A stretch of 64,000 nucleotides of DNA from a candidate division WOR-3 bacterium (GTDB lineage: Bacteria > Hydrothermota > Tepidihabitantia > Tepidihabitantales > Tepidihabitantaceae). A program made the translations under genes and the position numbers. A model generated the notes under the pieces. The model saw only the letters and a list, made by a program, of their open reading frames with translations. It was not told the DNA's origin and made no database searches. Location: assembly GCA_965649205.1 (NCBI GenBank), contig CBFGJV010000001.1, positions 19,285 through 83,284 of the forward strand, read 5' to 3'. How positions within the stretch are numbered: position 1 is the stretch's first letter; the number at the start of each line of letters is the position of its first letter. Below, one piece after another: positions 18,274 to 27,286 of this stretch.

Positions 18274-18283
18274 TCAAGTCTGT

Positions 18284-18646
18284 ATGGGCCGCAGGTATGT
18301 GCAGGATTCTTTCTACTTCCCGCAGGCGCTGGGCGAGCGGCTGCGGGAGCTTAGGCTGCGGGCGGGCCTGACCCAGAAGGAGCTGGCAAGTATGGCCGGG
18401 CGGGAGTTTCGGGGCGGGCAGGCCATGGTGAGCAGGCTGGAAAGAGGCCGCATTCGGAGCCCTTCTTTGCGGTTGGTGGCGGATTTTCTGCGGGCCTGTC
18501 GAGCGAGTTTTGACGACATCCGCGATGTCCTGCACGCCTACACGGCGCAGCCATTGGTGGCGGAGAAGCGGGCAAGAAGGGCGGTGCAGAGACTGGTGGA
18601 GGTTTTGCCGGAGGGTGTGGCGGGAAGGTGGATAAGTACGATGTGA
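18284..18646 (+). CDS. XRE-family helix-turn-helix transcriptional regulator
   Basis: HTH_XRE signature LRELRLRAGLTQKELASMAG...VSRLERG. ATG at 18284. The upstream part of the ORF-track frame is G-rich non-coding. Confidence 0.75.
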   Translation: MGRRYVQDSFYFPQALGERLRELRLRAGLTQKELASMAGREFRGGQAMVSRLERGRIRSPSLRLVADFLRACRASFDDIRDVLHAYTAQPLVAEKRARRAVQRLVEVLPEGVAGRWISTM

Positions 18647-19425
18647 AGACGGCAGTGTGGCGTCGGCACCAGGGAGATTTGCCGGAGGCAGAGGCGGCAC
18701 GGTTGGAGAGAGTGAGGGGAATGGCTCAGCAGTTGCTTTTGCGGCAGAAGTTGGAGGAGAGGTTGCATATTGCCCTGAATCATATCGGCGCCAGGCGGGG
18801 CGGGCCGGCAAGAAAGGCGCTGGCCGATTTTGGTCGCAAGGTTTGGGCTATTTTGCGCCGAACGCGGGCGCAGCCAAAGAAGAGGGCGTACCTTTTGTCT
18901 GAGGCGGGCGAGAAGCTGAGGCAGGAACGGGTGGTGACAGACGAGGCCATACGTTATATCGAAACCGTGACGTGCGAGCTTTTTGCGGAGCTGGAGCAGA
19001 AGGGCGAGTTGGATCGCTTGCCGAGCGTAGAGGTCACAGAGGGGCTGCTGGCCAAAAGGGCGGGGGAGCGAGTTATGCGAGATGAGCAGATGTGCGCGGA
19101 GGAGTGGAGAAAGCAGTTGCGGGAGTACGAGCAGGCGCGGGAGCGAATGCTGAGACAGGTGCTGGACGAAGCGAGACCGTTGTTTGCGGAGAAGGGAAAG
19201 CAGGAGGAGGTATTCTATATTGGCGTGGTAAGAGGTTGTTTGTATGCGGCGCAACGGACGCGGGCGGGGAGTAAAGAGCGGGAGCAGGCAACAGAGGAAG
19301 CGTTGCAAGTGGTACGCAGGAAAGGGCTGGATGTAGAGTTGGCGCGACAGGTGGCCGAGTTTGCCTTGCGCAGGTTTGACGAGTTGCTGCGTTTTCTCCC
19401 GCCGAATCCCCGGACGCAGCTCTGA
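18628..19425 (+). CDS. hypothetical Arg/Glu-rich alpha-helical protein (265 aa), operonic with the HTH regulator
   Basis: GTG start overlapping the HTH gene end by 19 nt in another frame. Highly charged, coiled-coil-like composition with no recognisable motif. Confidence 0.45.
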   Translation: MDKYDVKTAVWRRHQGDLPEAEAARLERVRGMAQQLLLRQKLEERLHIALNHIGARRGGPARKALADFGRKVWAILRRTRAQPKKRAYLLSEAGEKLRQERVVTDEAIRYIETVTCELFAELEQKGELDRLPSVEVTEGLLAKRAGERVMRDEQMCAEEWRKQLREYEQARERMLRQVLDEARPLFAEKGKQEEVFYIGVVRGCLYAAQRTRAGSKEREQATEEALQVVRRKGLDVELARQVAEFALRRFDELLRFLPPNPRTQL

Positions 19426-19483
19426 GCGAAGCGCGGAAATGACATTTGTTTGACGGCGGTGGAGTTTCTCTTACACTTGGGCT

Positions 19484-20149
19484 ATGAGTGAAATTTTGCG
19501 TCGAATTGCCCGAGCAGTGGAGTCAGGTCACAGCGATGCTGCATCGCCGTATCCGCCAGATATGGTGGGTGAGCCTGGCGTAGATGAACTGACTCGGCAG
19601 GCTTTGGCAGAAGGCATACAGGTAAGGCGGTTGTTGTATGAGGGTCTGGTGGCGGGAATGAAGGCTATTGGCGAGAGGTTCAGCGAGGGGAGTGCGTTTC
19701 TGCCCGAGGTTCTGATGGCGGCGCGGGCTTTGGCTGCGGGCTTTACACATCTGCAGCCGTACTTTTCGTCTGGCGCAGTGAAGCATAAGGGGACGGTGAT
19801 TCTGGGTACAGTACAGGGCGACTTGCACGATATCGGCAAGAAGATTGTGGGTCTGTTTTTTAACGGGGCAGGGTGGAGAGTGGTGGATTTGGGCGTGGAT
19901 GTGCCGCTGGAACGGTTTCTGGCCGCAATCGAGGAGCACAAGCCGCAGGCAGTGGGCTTGAGCACGCTCTTGACTACGACTATGCCGAGCATGGCAAAGA
20001 TTACGGCTGGCATAAAATCCCGGTATCCAGAGTTGAAGGTGGTGGTAGGGGGTGCGCCTTTGACTGCTGAGTTTGCCGCCAGCATAGGGGCGGACTTTTA
20101 TGGCGCGGACCCGCAGATGGCCTTAGACTATCTGGACGGTGCGGTATGA
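19484..20149 (+). CDS. corrinoid (cobalamin-binding) protein, MttC/MtbC-like
   Basis: B12-binding DxHxxG motif (QGDLHDIGKKIV) and a Rossmann B12 domain. ~220 aa, typical of methyltransferase cognate corrinoid proteins. Confidence 0.85.
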   Translation: MSEILRRIARAVESGHSDAASPYPPDMVGEPGVDELTRQALAEGIQVRRLLYEGLVAGMKAIGERFSEGSAFLPEVLMAARALAAGFTHLQPYFSSGAVKHKGTVILGTVQGDLHDIGKKIVGLFFNGAGWRVVDLGVDVPLERFLAAIEEHKPQAVGLSTLLTTTMPSMAKITAGIKSRYPELKVVVGGAPLTAEFAASIGADFYGADPQMALDYLDGAV

Positions 20150-21231
20150 CGAGCAGGGAAGTTATTACCGCGTTGGTGAGGGATAAGGAATGTCCCGAAC
20201 GAGTGGGGCATCAGGAGAGTTTTTGGGAGGACTTGCGACCGGCCTGGGAAGAGCAGGGGTTGCCGCGCGAGGGCCGCATGCAGGAGATTCTGGACTTGGA
20301 TATTATTCCCATAAACGAAGAGTGGACCAGCACCGAGGCGCGAGTGGGCTACAGGCGAATTCTGGAGGAGACAGAAACAACCTATGTGGAAGAGAACGGT
20401 TGGGGTTCGGTGATGCGTTATTGGAAAGGAAAGTCTGGCACCCCAGAGCATCTGTCCTTTGCCCTGACCGACGAGAAGGTATGGAAGGAGAAGTACCGGG
20501 ACCTTTTGACGAGTTTTGATATCCGCCGTCTGGGAGACCTGGAAAGATTGAAGAAGAGGTATCGCGAGCTGGAGTCTTCGGACAAGTTCCGGGTTTACGA
20601 GGTGCTGCAGATATTTGAGATAATGCGGCAGGCGATGGGCGATGTGATAATGCTGGAGGCGATGTGTTTGAATCCGGCCTGGATAACGGATTTCTGCACG
20701 GTAATGACCGATAACATCATTATGCACCTGGAGTATGAGATACGGGAGGTTGGCCTGCCGGACGGTATCTGGTTCTATGAGGACCTGGGTTATCGGCATC
20801 TGCCTTTTGTCTCGCCGCAGATGTATAGAGACCTTCTGCTGCCGCATCACCGTCGGTTTGTGGATTTCTGTCACAGTTATGGTCTGCCGGTGATAATGCA
20901 TACCTGCGGCAATATCGCTCCTCTCTTTCCTTATCTTCTGGAAACGGGTATAGATTGTTTGCAGCCGCTGGAAGCCAAGACCGGGCAGAATTTTATCAAG
21001 ATGGCCGAACTGGCTTCCCGGCGCATAGCTTATATGGGGAATATGGATATCCGGGCGTTTGAGACTAATGACCCGCAGGCCTTGGCGGCAGAAATTTTGC
21101 CCAAGCTGCAGGCGGCGATAGAGAAACGGATACCTTACATTTTCCATTCCGACCACAGTATTCCCCGTACGGTCAAGCTGGCCACCTATCGCTACGCCCG
21201 AGCGTTGGTTGATGAGTACGGTCGTTACTGA
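20146..21231 (+). CDS. uroporphyrinogen-decarboxylase-family methylcorrinoid methyltransferase (MtaA/MtbA/MtgA-like)
   Basis: 361 aa with URO-D fold features. The context between a corrinoid protein and an MttB-family gene indicates a corrinoid:acceptor methyltransferase. Confidence 0.65.
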   Translation: MTSREVITALVRDKECPERVGHQESFWEDLRPAWEEQGLPREGRMQEILDLDIIPINEEWTSTEARVGYRRILEETETTYVEENGWGSVMRYWKGKSGTPEHLSFALTDEKVWKEKYRDLLTSFDIRRLGDLERLKKRYRELESSDKFRVYEVLQIFEIMRQAMGDVIMLEAMCLNPAWITDFCTVMTDNIIMHLEYEIREVGLPDGIWFYEDLGYRHLPFVSPQMYRDLLLPHHRRFVDFCHSYGLPVIMHTCGNIAPLFPYLLETGIDCLQPLEAKTGQNFIKMAELASRRIAYMGNMDIRAFETNDPQALAAEILPKLQAAIEKRIPYIFHSDHSIPRTVKLATYRYARALVDEYGRY

Positions 21232-21246
21232 AACTGAGGGGGAAAA

Positions 21247-22707
21247 ATGAGACCAAAGTTGAAGCTGCTTAGCGAGGGACTTGTTGAGCAGATTGTAGCC
21301 GAGGCACTGGACCTGCTGGCCGTGTTGGGAGTAGAAATAAACAACCCCGGGCTGGTTGAACTGCTGTTGGCCCAGGGCGCAGAATGGGATACCGAGAAGA
21401 AAAGGTTGCTGTTGCCCGAGTCCATGGTGAGGCAGGCTTTGGCTGCTGCTCCGTGTTCGTTCCGGTTGTATGATGTGCGAGGGGAGATGACAAATGAACT
21501 GGGGGGTGATAATGTGTATTTCACCCCGGGTTCTGCGGCGTTGAACATTCTGGATGCAGATACCGGCGAGATGAGACGACCACAGACGCGTGATTACGTG
21601 CAGTATGCCAAGCTGGTGTCGCGTTTAGAACACATTGCGGCCCAGTCCACAGCCCTGATACCGGCAGATGTGCCGGAGAAGATTTCGGACAGCTATCGGT
21701 TGTATCTGTCGTTGCTGTTCTGTGAGAAGCCGGTGGTTACCGGCTGTTTTACGATAGAGTCCTTTCGAGTAATGAAGGAAATGCAGGTGGCGGTGCGGGG
21801 TTCTGAAGAGGAGCTTGTCGCCCGGCCCCTGACCATTTTTTCCTGCTGTCCGACCGCGCCTCTGAAGTGGAGCGAGGTGACTTCGCAGAATGTGGTGGAT
21901 TGTGCGCGGGCCGGTATCCCGGTGGAGTTTATCTCCATGCCTTTGTCCGGCTTTGTGGCGCCTGTCACCCTGGTGGGCACTTTGATTCAGCATACGGCGG
22001 AGACCCTGTCGGGTGTGGTTATCAGTCAAACAGTCGCGCCGGGTTCGCCGATTCTTTATGGCGGTTCGCCGGCGATTTTTGATGTGCGCCGAGAAACTAC
22101 CCCGATGGGCGCCATAGAGACGATGATGATTGACTGTGCCAGTGCAGAAATAGGTAAGTACCTGGGTTTGCCCACGCAGGCTTACATCGGTCTTTCCGAC
22201 GCGAAGCTGCTGGACGCACAAGCCGGGCTGGAAACAGGCATCGGCGCAGTTCTGGCCGCCTTGGCAGGCGTGAACAGCGTGTCTGGTCCGGGCATGCTGG
22301 ATTTTGAGAGTTGTCAGAGTCTGGAGAAGCTGGTGCTGGATAATGAGATATGCGGCATGGCGCTGCGGCTGGTGCGGGGTATTGAGCCGCACGAGGACTT
22401 TCCGGCCTTGAATCTTTTCACCGAACTGTTGAGTGAGAAACATTTGCTTATCAGTCCGCATACCAGGCGCTGGCTGAAGACAGAGCACTACTTTCCCGGG
22501 CCGGTGATAGACCGGGCAAACAGAGGACGCTGGCAGGCTGCCGGTAGTCCTACTCTTTTGGCACGGGCGCGCCGGGAAAAGGAGCGCTTGATCGCCAGCT
22601 GGCAGCCGTCCCGTCTGGCAGAAGAGACAAAAAAGGAACTTACCCGGCTGATGACCACAGAGGCCCGGCGCTGGGGGATGGAACAGCTGCCAGAACTGCC
22701 CGCATGA
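21247..22707 (+). CDS. MttB-superfamily (non-pyrrolysine) quaternary-amine:corrinoid methyltransferase (MtgB/MtqB-like)
   Basis: 486 aa, the length and architecture of the trimethylamine methyltransferase family. Uninterrupted ORF with no in-frame amber codon. GGGAAAAATG RBS. Confidence 0.75.
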   Translation: MRPKLKLLSEGLVEQIVAEALDLLAVLGVEINNPGLVELLLAQGAEWDTEKKRLLLPESMVRQALAAAPCSFRLYDVRGEMTNELGGDNVYFTPGSAALNILDADTGEMRRPQTRDYVQYAKLVSRLEHIAAQSTALIPADVPEKISDSYRLYLSLLFCEKPVVTGCFTIESFRVMKEMQVAVRGSEEELVARPLTIFSCCPTAPLKWSEVTSQNVVDCARAGIPVEFISMPLSGFVAPVTLVGTLIQHTAETLSGVVISQTVAPGSPILYGGSPAIFDVRRETTPMGAIETMMIDCASAEIGKYLGLPTQAYIGLSDAKLLDAQAGLETGIGAVLAALAGVNSVSGPGMLDFESCQSLEKLVLDNEICGMALRLVRGIEPHEDFPALNLFTELLSEKHLLISPHTRRWLKTEHYFPGPVIDRANRGRWQAAGSPTLLARARREKERLIASWQPSRLAEETKKELTRLMTTEARRWGMEQLPELPA

Positions 22708-23432
22708 GACGAGTATTGCGTTTTGCCGCACAGGACTGCAGACCGAGCGAGGAGATGATACTTGCAGGAGAGGGAATGCCCGGCCGGGCTGGAGCGCAAC
22801 CCGAAACCTTGCGGCTGGTGGTTGAAGCCGGGGAATTGTACGAGAGGCTGGCTGCACCGGTGGCCGTGTACGCCAAGATCAGTCGCGAGGAATTCGGCAG
22901 GGTCTTTGTCGGCGAAGGTCGTAATGCGCCAGATGCAGTGCTGGGCAGGATTTATCCCCAGGCGGTCCGTTTGGCTCTTTTTGCCTGTACGGTGGGGAAG
23001 GCTTTGACAGACGAAATCACGCGGCGTTTTGAGCAGCACGATTATGCTCTGGGCTATGTGCTGGATGCTGTGGCTTCGGCTGGAGTGGAAAAATTGGCTG
23101 CACTGGTGGAGGCTGAATACTGCAGGGAAAACAGAGAACAGAAGTCTGGCGGGGAGGATTCGAAAACGGTGCTGAGGTATAGTCCGGGTTACTGCGGCTG
23201 GCATGTGAGCGGCCAGCGCAAGCTGTTTGAGTTTCTCCATCCGGAGGAGATTGGCATTACTCTGCGCGAGAGCTTTCTGATGGAGCCTTTGAAGTCGGTC
23301 TCGGGCGTGTTTGTGGCCGGGCCGGCCGCAATCCACCGTTTTCAGCCGGCTACATTCGTCTTTTGCGCAGAGTGTCGTCAACCGAGCTGCACAGAACGGT
23401 TGGCAGAACTAGAACAACGAACTGGGAGGTGA
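22704..23432 (+). CDS. methionine-synthase activation (AdoMet reactivation) domain protein
   Basis: LRYSPGYCGW...LRESFLMEPLKSVSGVFVAGP aligns to the MetH C-terminal block RPAPGYPACPE...LTESFAMWPGASVSGWYFSHP. Confidence 0.7.
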   Translation: MRRVLRFAAQDCRPSEEMILAGEGMPGRAGAQPETLRLVVEAGELYERLAAPVAVYAKISREEFGRVFVGEGRNAPDAVLGRIYPQAVRLALFACTVGKALTDEITRRFEQHDYALGYVLDAVASAGVEKLAALVEAEYCRENREQKSGGEDSKTVLRYSPGYCGWHVSGQRKLFEFLHPEEIGITLRESFLMEPLKSVSGVFVAGPAAIHRFQPATFVFCAECRQPSCTERLAELEQRTGR

Positions 23433-23436
23433 CAGA

Positions 23437-24075
23437 GTGGAATTGCTGCAGCAGATAGCAGACAGTCTGTGCGCAGGAGAATCAGAACGGGTAGCGCAGC
23501 TGACCCGTCGGGCACTGGATGCCGGCCTTGCGGGCCGCGAGGTCCTGGACAAAGGGTTGCTTGCCGGTATGGACCGGGTAGGCAGGTTGTTTCAAGAGGA
23601 AGAAGTGTTCCTGCCGGATGTGTTGCTTGCGGCCAAGGCGATGTATGCCGGGTTGGAGGTGCTGAAGCCTTTGTTGGAGCAGCAGGGGACAGGCGCGGCC
23701 GCCGGCAAGGTGGTTATCGGGACTGTGCAGGGTGATTTGCACGACATAGGCAAGAATCTGGTGACTATCATGCTGCGGGGCGCAGGGTTTGAGGTGATTG
23801 ACTTGGGCAATGACGTGGCACCGGAGAAATTCATTCAGGTGGCGTGCGAGCAGAATTGTCAGATTATAGGCATGTCCGCACTTCTGACTACTACGATGCC
23901 CGTAATGGGAGAGGTATGCGAGTTGCTGAGAGAAAAAAATCTTGCCGGCAGGATAAAGACGATAATCGGCGGTGCACCGGTGAGCGAGGCTTTTGCCCGC
24001 GAGATAGGGGCGGATGCTTACTGTTATGACGCAGCAGCGGCGGTTGCAACTGTCAAACGTCTTCTTTCTCAGTGA
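23437..24075 (+). CDS. second corrinoid (B12-binding) protein, MetH B12-domain-like
   Basis: DxHxxG motif QGDLHDIGKNLV. 212 aa. Located between the activation-domain and Hcy-domain genes. Confidence 0.85.
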   Translation: MELLQQIADSLCAGESERVAQLTRRALDAGLAGREVLDKGLLAGMDRVGRLFQEEEVFLPDVLLAAKAMYAGLEVLKPLLEQQGTGAAAGKVVIGTVQGDLHDIGKNLVTIMLRGAGFEVIDLGNDVAPEKFIQVACEQNCQIIGMSALLTTTMPVMGEVCELLREKNLAGRIKTIIGGAPVSEAFAREIGADAYCYDAAAAVATVKRLLSQ

Positions 24076-25013
24076 AAACAGACGAACAGGGAGGTAAGAC
24101 GTTGTCCAGACGGGAAAGGCTGTGGGAACGGGTGAGGTCTGGTCAGGTTCTCCTTGCCGATGGCGCACTGGGTTCTTTGCTGCTGGCGAAGGGTTTGAAA
24201 CCCGGGCAGGCACCTGAAGAATTGTGTCTTTCTCGGCCGGAAGTTCTGGCTGAGATTGTACGTCTTTACCAGGAGGCGGGCGCAGAGGTTTTTCAGGCGA
24301 ATACCTTTGGTGCGTCGCCTCTGAAGCTGGAGCAGCACGGTTTGGCCGAAAAAATGGAGGAGATAAACCGGCAGGCGGTAAGAATCGTGCGGGAAGTGGT
24401 GGGGGAGGAGGGGTATGTATGGGCTTCGGTAGGTCCTTCCGGTCGTCTACTGGAACCGTACGGAGATGTCTCAGCCGAAAGGATGTATGAGAATTTTGCC
24501 CGGCAGACAACCGTGTTGGCAGAAGCCGGTGCGGACATTATCGCCATTGAGACTATGACCGATCTGGCCGAGGCAAAGCTGGCGCTGGCAGCCGCCGTGG
24601 ATACTGGCAGAGCCAGCGGGGCGGTGATTACGGTTTCCCTGACTTTCGAAAAGCGGCGCCGAGGGTTCTTTACGGTCATGGGCAACTCCATCGCTGATGC
24701 CGTTGCCGCTTTGGCTGACGCAGACATGATTGGCTCTAACTGCGGCAATGGTATGGATAATATGGTGGAGATTGCCCGAGAGTTCCGCCGGCTGACGGAT
24801 AAGCTGCTGGTAATCAGACCGAATGCCGGTCTGCCTGAAATTCGCAACGGTGCGGTTGTGTATCCGGAGACGCCAGAGTTTATGGCCGAGCGGATTCCGG
24901 CACTTCTGGAATGCAAGCTGGGTATTCTGGGAGGTTGTTGTGGCACGACGCCTGAGCATATACGTGCCTTCCGGCGGGTACTGGAGAAAGAACAGAGCAG
25001 ACGGTCGGGTTAG
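24072..25013 (+). CDS. homocysteine S-methyltransferase domain protein (MetH N-terminal Hcy-binding domain-like)
   Basis: ADGALGSLLL (compare MetH LDGGMGT) and the zinc-binding GGCCGTTPEHI motif near the C-terminus. Confidence 0.8.
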   Translation: MKTDEQGGKTLSRRERLWERVRSGQVLLADGALGSLLLAKGLKPGQAPEELCLSRPEVLAEIVRLYQEAGAEVFQANTFGASPLKLEQHGLAEKMEEINRQAVRIVREVVGEEGYVWASVGPSGRLLEPYGDVSAERMYENFARQTTVLAEAGADIIAIETMTDLAEAKLALAAAVDTGRASGAVITVSLTFEKRRRGFFTVMGNSIADAVAALADADMIGSNCGNGMDNMVEIAREFRRLTDKLLVIRPNAGLPEIRNGAVVYPETPEFMAERIPALLECKLGILGGCCGTTPEHIRAFRRVLEKEQSRRSG

Positions 25014-25918
25014 CGGATGCGAATCTCTATCTTGGAGAATTTGGGTTTCAGCCCAGGGATGAAGCGGGGAACCACCTGTAGGGCTTTCGCTGGCAGCACC
25101 ATGCGTTTGGTGAGTTCTGTCTGGAGAGCTGCACAACGGGCAGTGGAGAGTTTTTCCTGTTCGGTGTACACATATACTACGAGGTCTTTGCGGAACTGCT
25201 TTTTGATAACATTGGCTACTTCGTCCAAACGCCGGCCGGCCTGATCCAGCAGTTCGGCGCTACCTGAAGCAAAGATCAGGTCTGCCGCCAGAGATACAAC
25301 CCATTCGTCTTGTTCTTTGTACACGATTCCATTTATGCGCTGCGGTGAGACCGGTGTGCGGGTCTGGTTGCCATGCGCGTCGTAGGCGCTGAAGGTAAAG
25401 CTGTATATTTCGCCCGGAGAAATCATTTCGCCGTTGTCCATGCGTCCGTCCCAGGTAATCATAGCCGGTGGCCTGCCTTTGCGGCTCAAACGGCGGACAG
25501 TTTCGCCCAGGGAATTAGCTACTACCAATTCCCAAGAAACGACTTGCTCTTGGAAGTCGGGCATAAAGATGATTACGTCGCCGTAAATAAGGTCGCGCTC
25601 CACCGGTATGCGCAGATAGGAGGAGTGGATAAACTGATGAGGTATGGTCAGAGAGTCAATGGTGCGAAGCAGAGGGGGATCGAATATGTAACTCTGCGAA
25701 ATAAACAGGCTGTCAACTGGAGAGAACGGGTCGAAGCTGGGACTGAGAAACAGTTTGCGGTCTTCGACTTTTATCTCGGCCTGGCCGGTAATTACCTCTT
25801 CGCCTAGGCCGTGTTCAGCGGGCGGCTGGGCGGTAGCCGGTTTTGCAGAGTCGGGTGTGGCAGTTGCAGGCCCAGGGCCTGTCTGGGCTACAAGCAGGGC
25901 CAGTAGCAAATGAAGCAT
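25010..25918 (-). CDS. secreted protein with C-terminal OmpA-like peptidoglycan-binding domain
   Basis: Signal peptide and a Pro/Ala-rich linker. C-terminal FASGSAELLDQAGRRLDEVANVIKK...VYVYTEQEKLSTARCAALQTEL resembles the OmpA C-terminal domain. Last gene of the Ton operon. Confidence 0.55.
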   Translation of the reverse strand: MLHLLLALLVAQTGPGPATATPDSAKPATAQPPAEHGLGEEVITGQAEIKVEDRKLFLSPSFDPFSPVDSLFISQSYIFDPPLLRTIDSLTIPHQFIHSSYLRIPVERDLIYGDVIIFMPDFQEQVVSWELVVANSLGETVRRLSRKGRPPAMITWDGRMDNGEMISPGEIYSFTFSAYDAHGNQTRTPVSPQRINGIVYKEQDEWVVSLAADLIFASGSAELLDQAGRRLDEVANVIKKQFRKDLVVYVYTEQEKLSTARCAALQTELTKRMVLPAKALQVVPRFIPGLKPKFSKIEIRIR

Positions 25919-25919
25919 G

Positions 25920-26861
25920 TTAGGAGAGAGTAAAGCGGAAAGTAATTAGGCCCCACTGTTCTTCTGCTTTTACATTCGGATCCAGCGGAGCAAATTCCCA
26001 GTTCTTGAGCGCATTGACGACTACCTGATCAAGGTCCGGGTAGCCGGAACTCACCTCTACGGTGGGCGTGCCTTTGACTTTGCCGCTAGGCAGCACCCAT
26101 ATCCGGACTGTCACGCTTCCGGAGATGCGACGCTGCAGGGCCCAGGCCGGGTACTTGGGAACCTGTTTGCTGAGTATGGGTCGCTGGGAAATAGGGCCAG
26201 CTACCTCAAACCGGGTCCCAGATGTTACCGGAGCGGATACTTCCGGGACAGTTTGCGTGGGTAACGGCTCGGGAAGCGTGCGGGCAGGCGTCTTCGCCAA
26301 AGGACGGTGCTCAATAGTCAACTGAGGTTCCTGGCGTGGTACCCCCGGTAGTCCTCTGGCTGGGCCGGACGAACCGGAGCTAGCACGAGTGAGAGCTATA
26401 GCCGGCTGAGACAGGATTTCCTCTGTGGACTGAGAACTGCCTTGGCCTCCTAAATACACCACATCCATGGCGCCGGAGCGATCCAGTTCGTAGCGGTTGA
26501 GGTCTATCTTAGCCTGAGAAGGGTTCCGCTCCAGGGCGGTTTTCAGGTCTATGGTGGGACCTTCGGCGGGCGCGGAAGGTGTGTAGCTAAGTTGATCGGT
26601 TCCGGTTGGACCGAAGCCGCCTCCACCTGTGAGCTCCTGTTTGGGGACCACCTTGGCAACTTCTGGACGTCTGGTGATGTCGTAGACGCTTACCTGGATC
26701 AGTTCCTCGGCCGACCGGTGCGCAGCAGGTCTGAAAGCGGATATAAGAATCATCGTTCCCAGATGCAGGATGGCGGAGATAGCTACCGTCAGCCACAGGG
26801 TGCGCGAGCGACGTTTCTCTTCGAACAGAACAATGTGCCGGATAGCTACTTCTTTGTTCAA
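25920..26861 (-). CDS. tonB: energy transducer TonB (second copy)
   Basis: C-terminal TonB domain (KYPAWALQRRISGSVTVRIWVLPSGKV...WEFAP) and TM helix TLWLTVAISAILHLG. Probable TTG start at 26861, abutting the exbD stop. The ORF-track start at 26963 overlaps exbD. Confidence 0.7.
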   Translation of the reverse strand: MNKEVAIRHIVLFEEKRRSRTLWLTVAISAILHLGTMILISAFRPAAHRSAEELIQVSVYDITRRPEVAKVVPKQELTGGGGFGPTGTDQLSYTPSAPAEGPTIDLKTALERNPSQAKIDLNRYELDRSGAMDVVYLGGQGSSQSTEEILSQPAIALTRASSGSSGPARGLPGVPRQEPQLTIEHRPLAKTPARTLPEPLPTQTVPEVSAPVTSGTRFEVAGPISQRPILSKQVPKYPAWALQRRISGSVTVRIWVLPSGKVKGTPTVEVSSGYPDLDQVVVNALKNWEFAPLDPNVKAEEQWGLITFRFTLS

Positions 26862-26863
26862 AC

Positions 26864-27286
26864 CTAGCCTCCGCCAGTCAGTTTTTTGGTGGCACAGACA
26901 ATCCGTTGCGCGCCTGCGGCTTTGGCTGCGGCCAAAATGTCCAGCACCTGATTGCCCCGACATTCTCTGTCAGCCCTTACTACTACCAGGATATACGGGT
27001 CGGAAAGCACTGCCTGTCGTACCAGCTCTTGCACCTGTTGCAGGTTGGCAACCGGCTCGTCGTTGAAGTAGTACTCGCCGGAGCTGGTAAGCACGATGCT
27101 CACATCGTTTTGCACCTCACGTTGGCCGGTATTGGCTTCGGGCACGGCAACAGGCGTGCGAGCGTGGCTGATGACCATGGGAGAAATCATCATCATTATG
27201 AGTACAAGTATGAGGCCGACAGCAGCCATGGGAAGGATGTCCAGGTTGGGAGCAGGCTTCACTGCATCCTCCTGGTGCGCAACCAC
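26864..27286 (-). CDS. exbD: ExbD/TolR
   Basis: PNLDILPMAAVGLILVLIMMMI matches the ExbD N-terminal TM motif, and a periplasmic domain follows. Confidence 0.8.
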   Translation of the reverse strand: MVAHQEDAVKPAPNLDILPMAAVGLILVLIMMMISPMVISHARTPVAVPEANTGQREVQNDVSIVLTSSGEYYFNDEPVANLQQVQELVRQAVLSDPYILVVVRADRECRGNQVLDILAAAKAAGAQRIVCATKKLTGGG

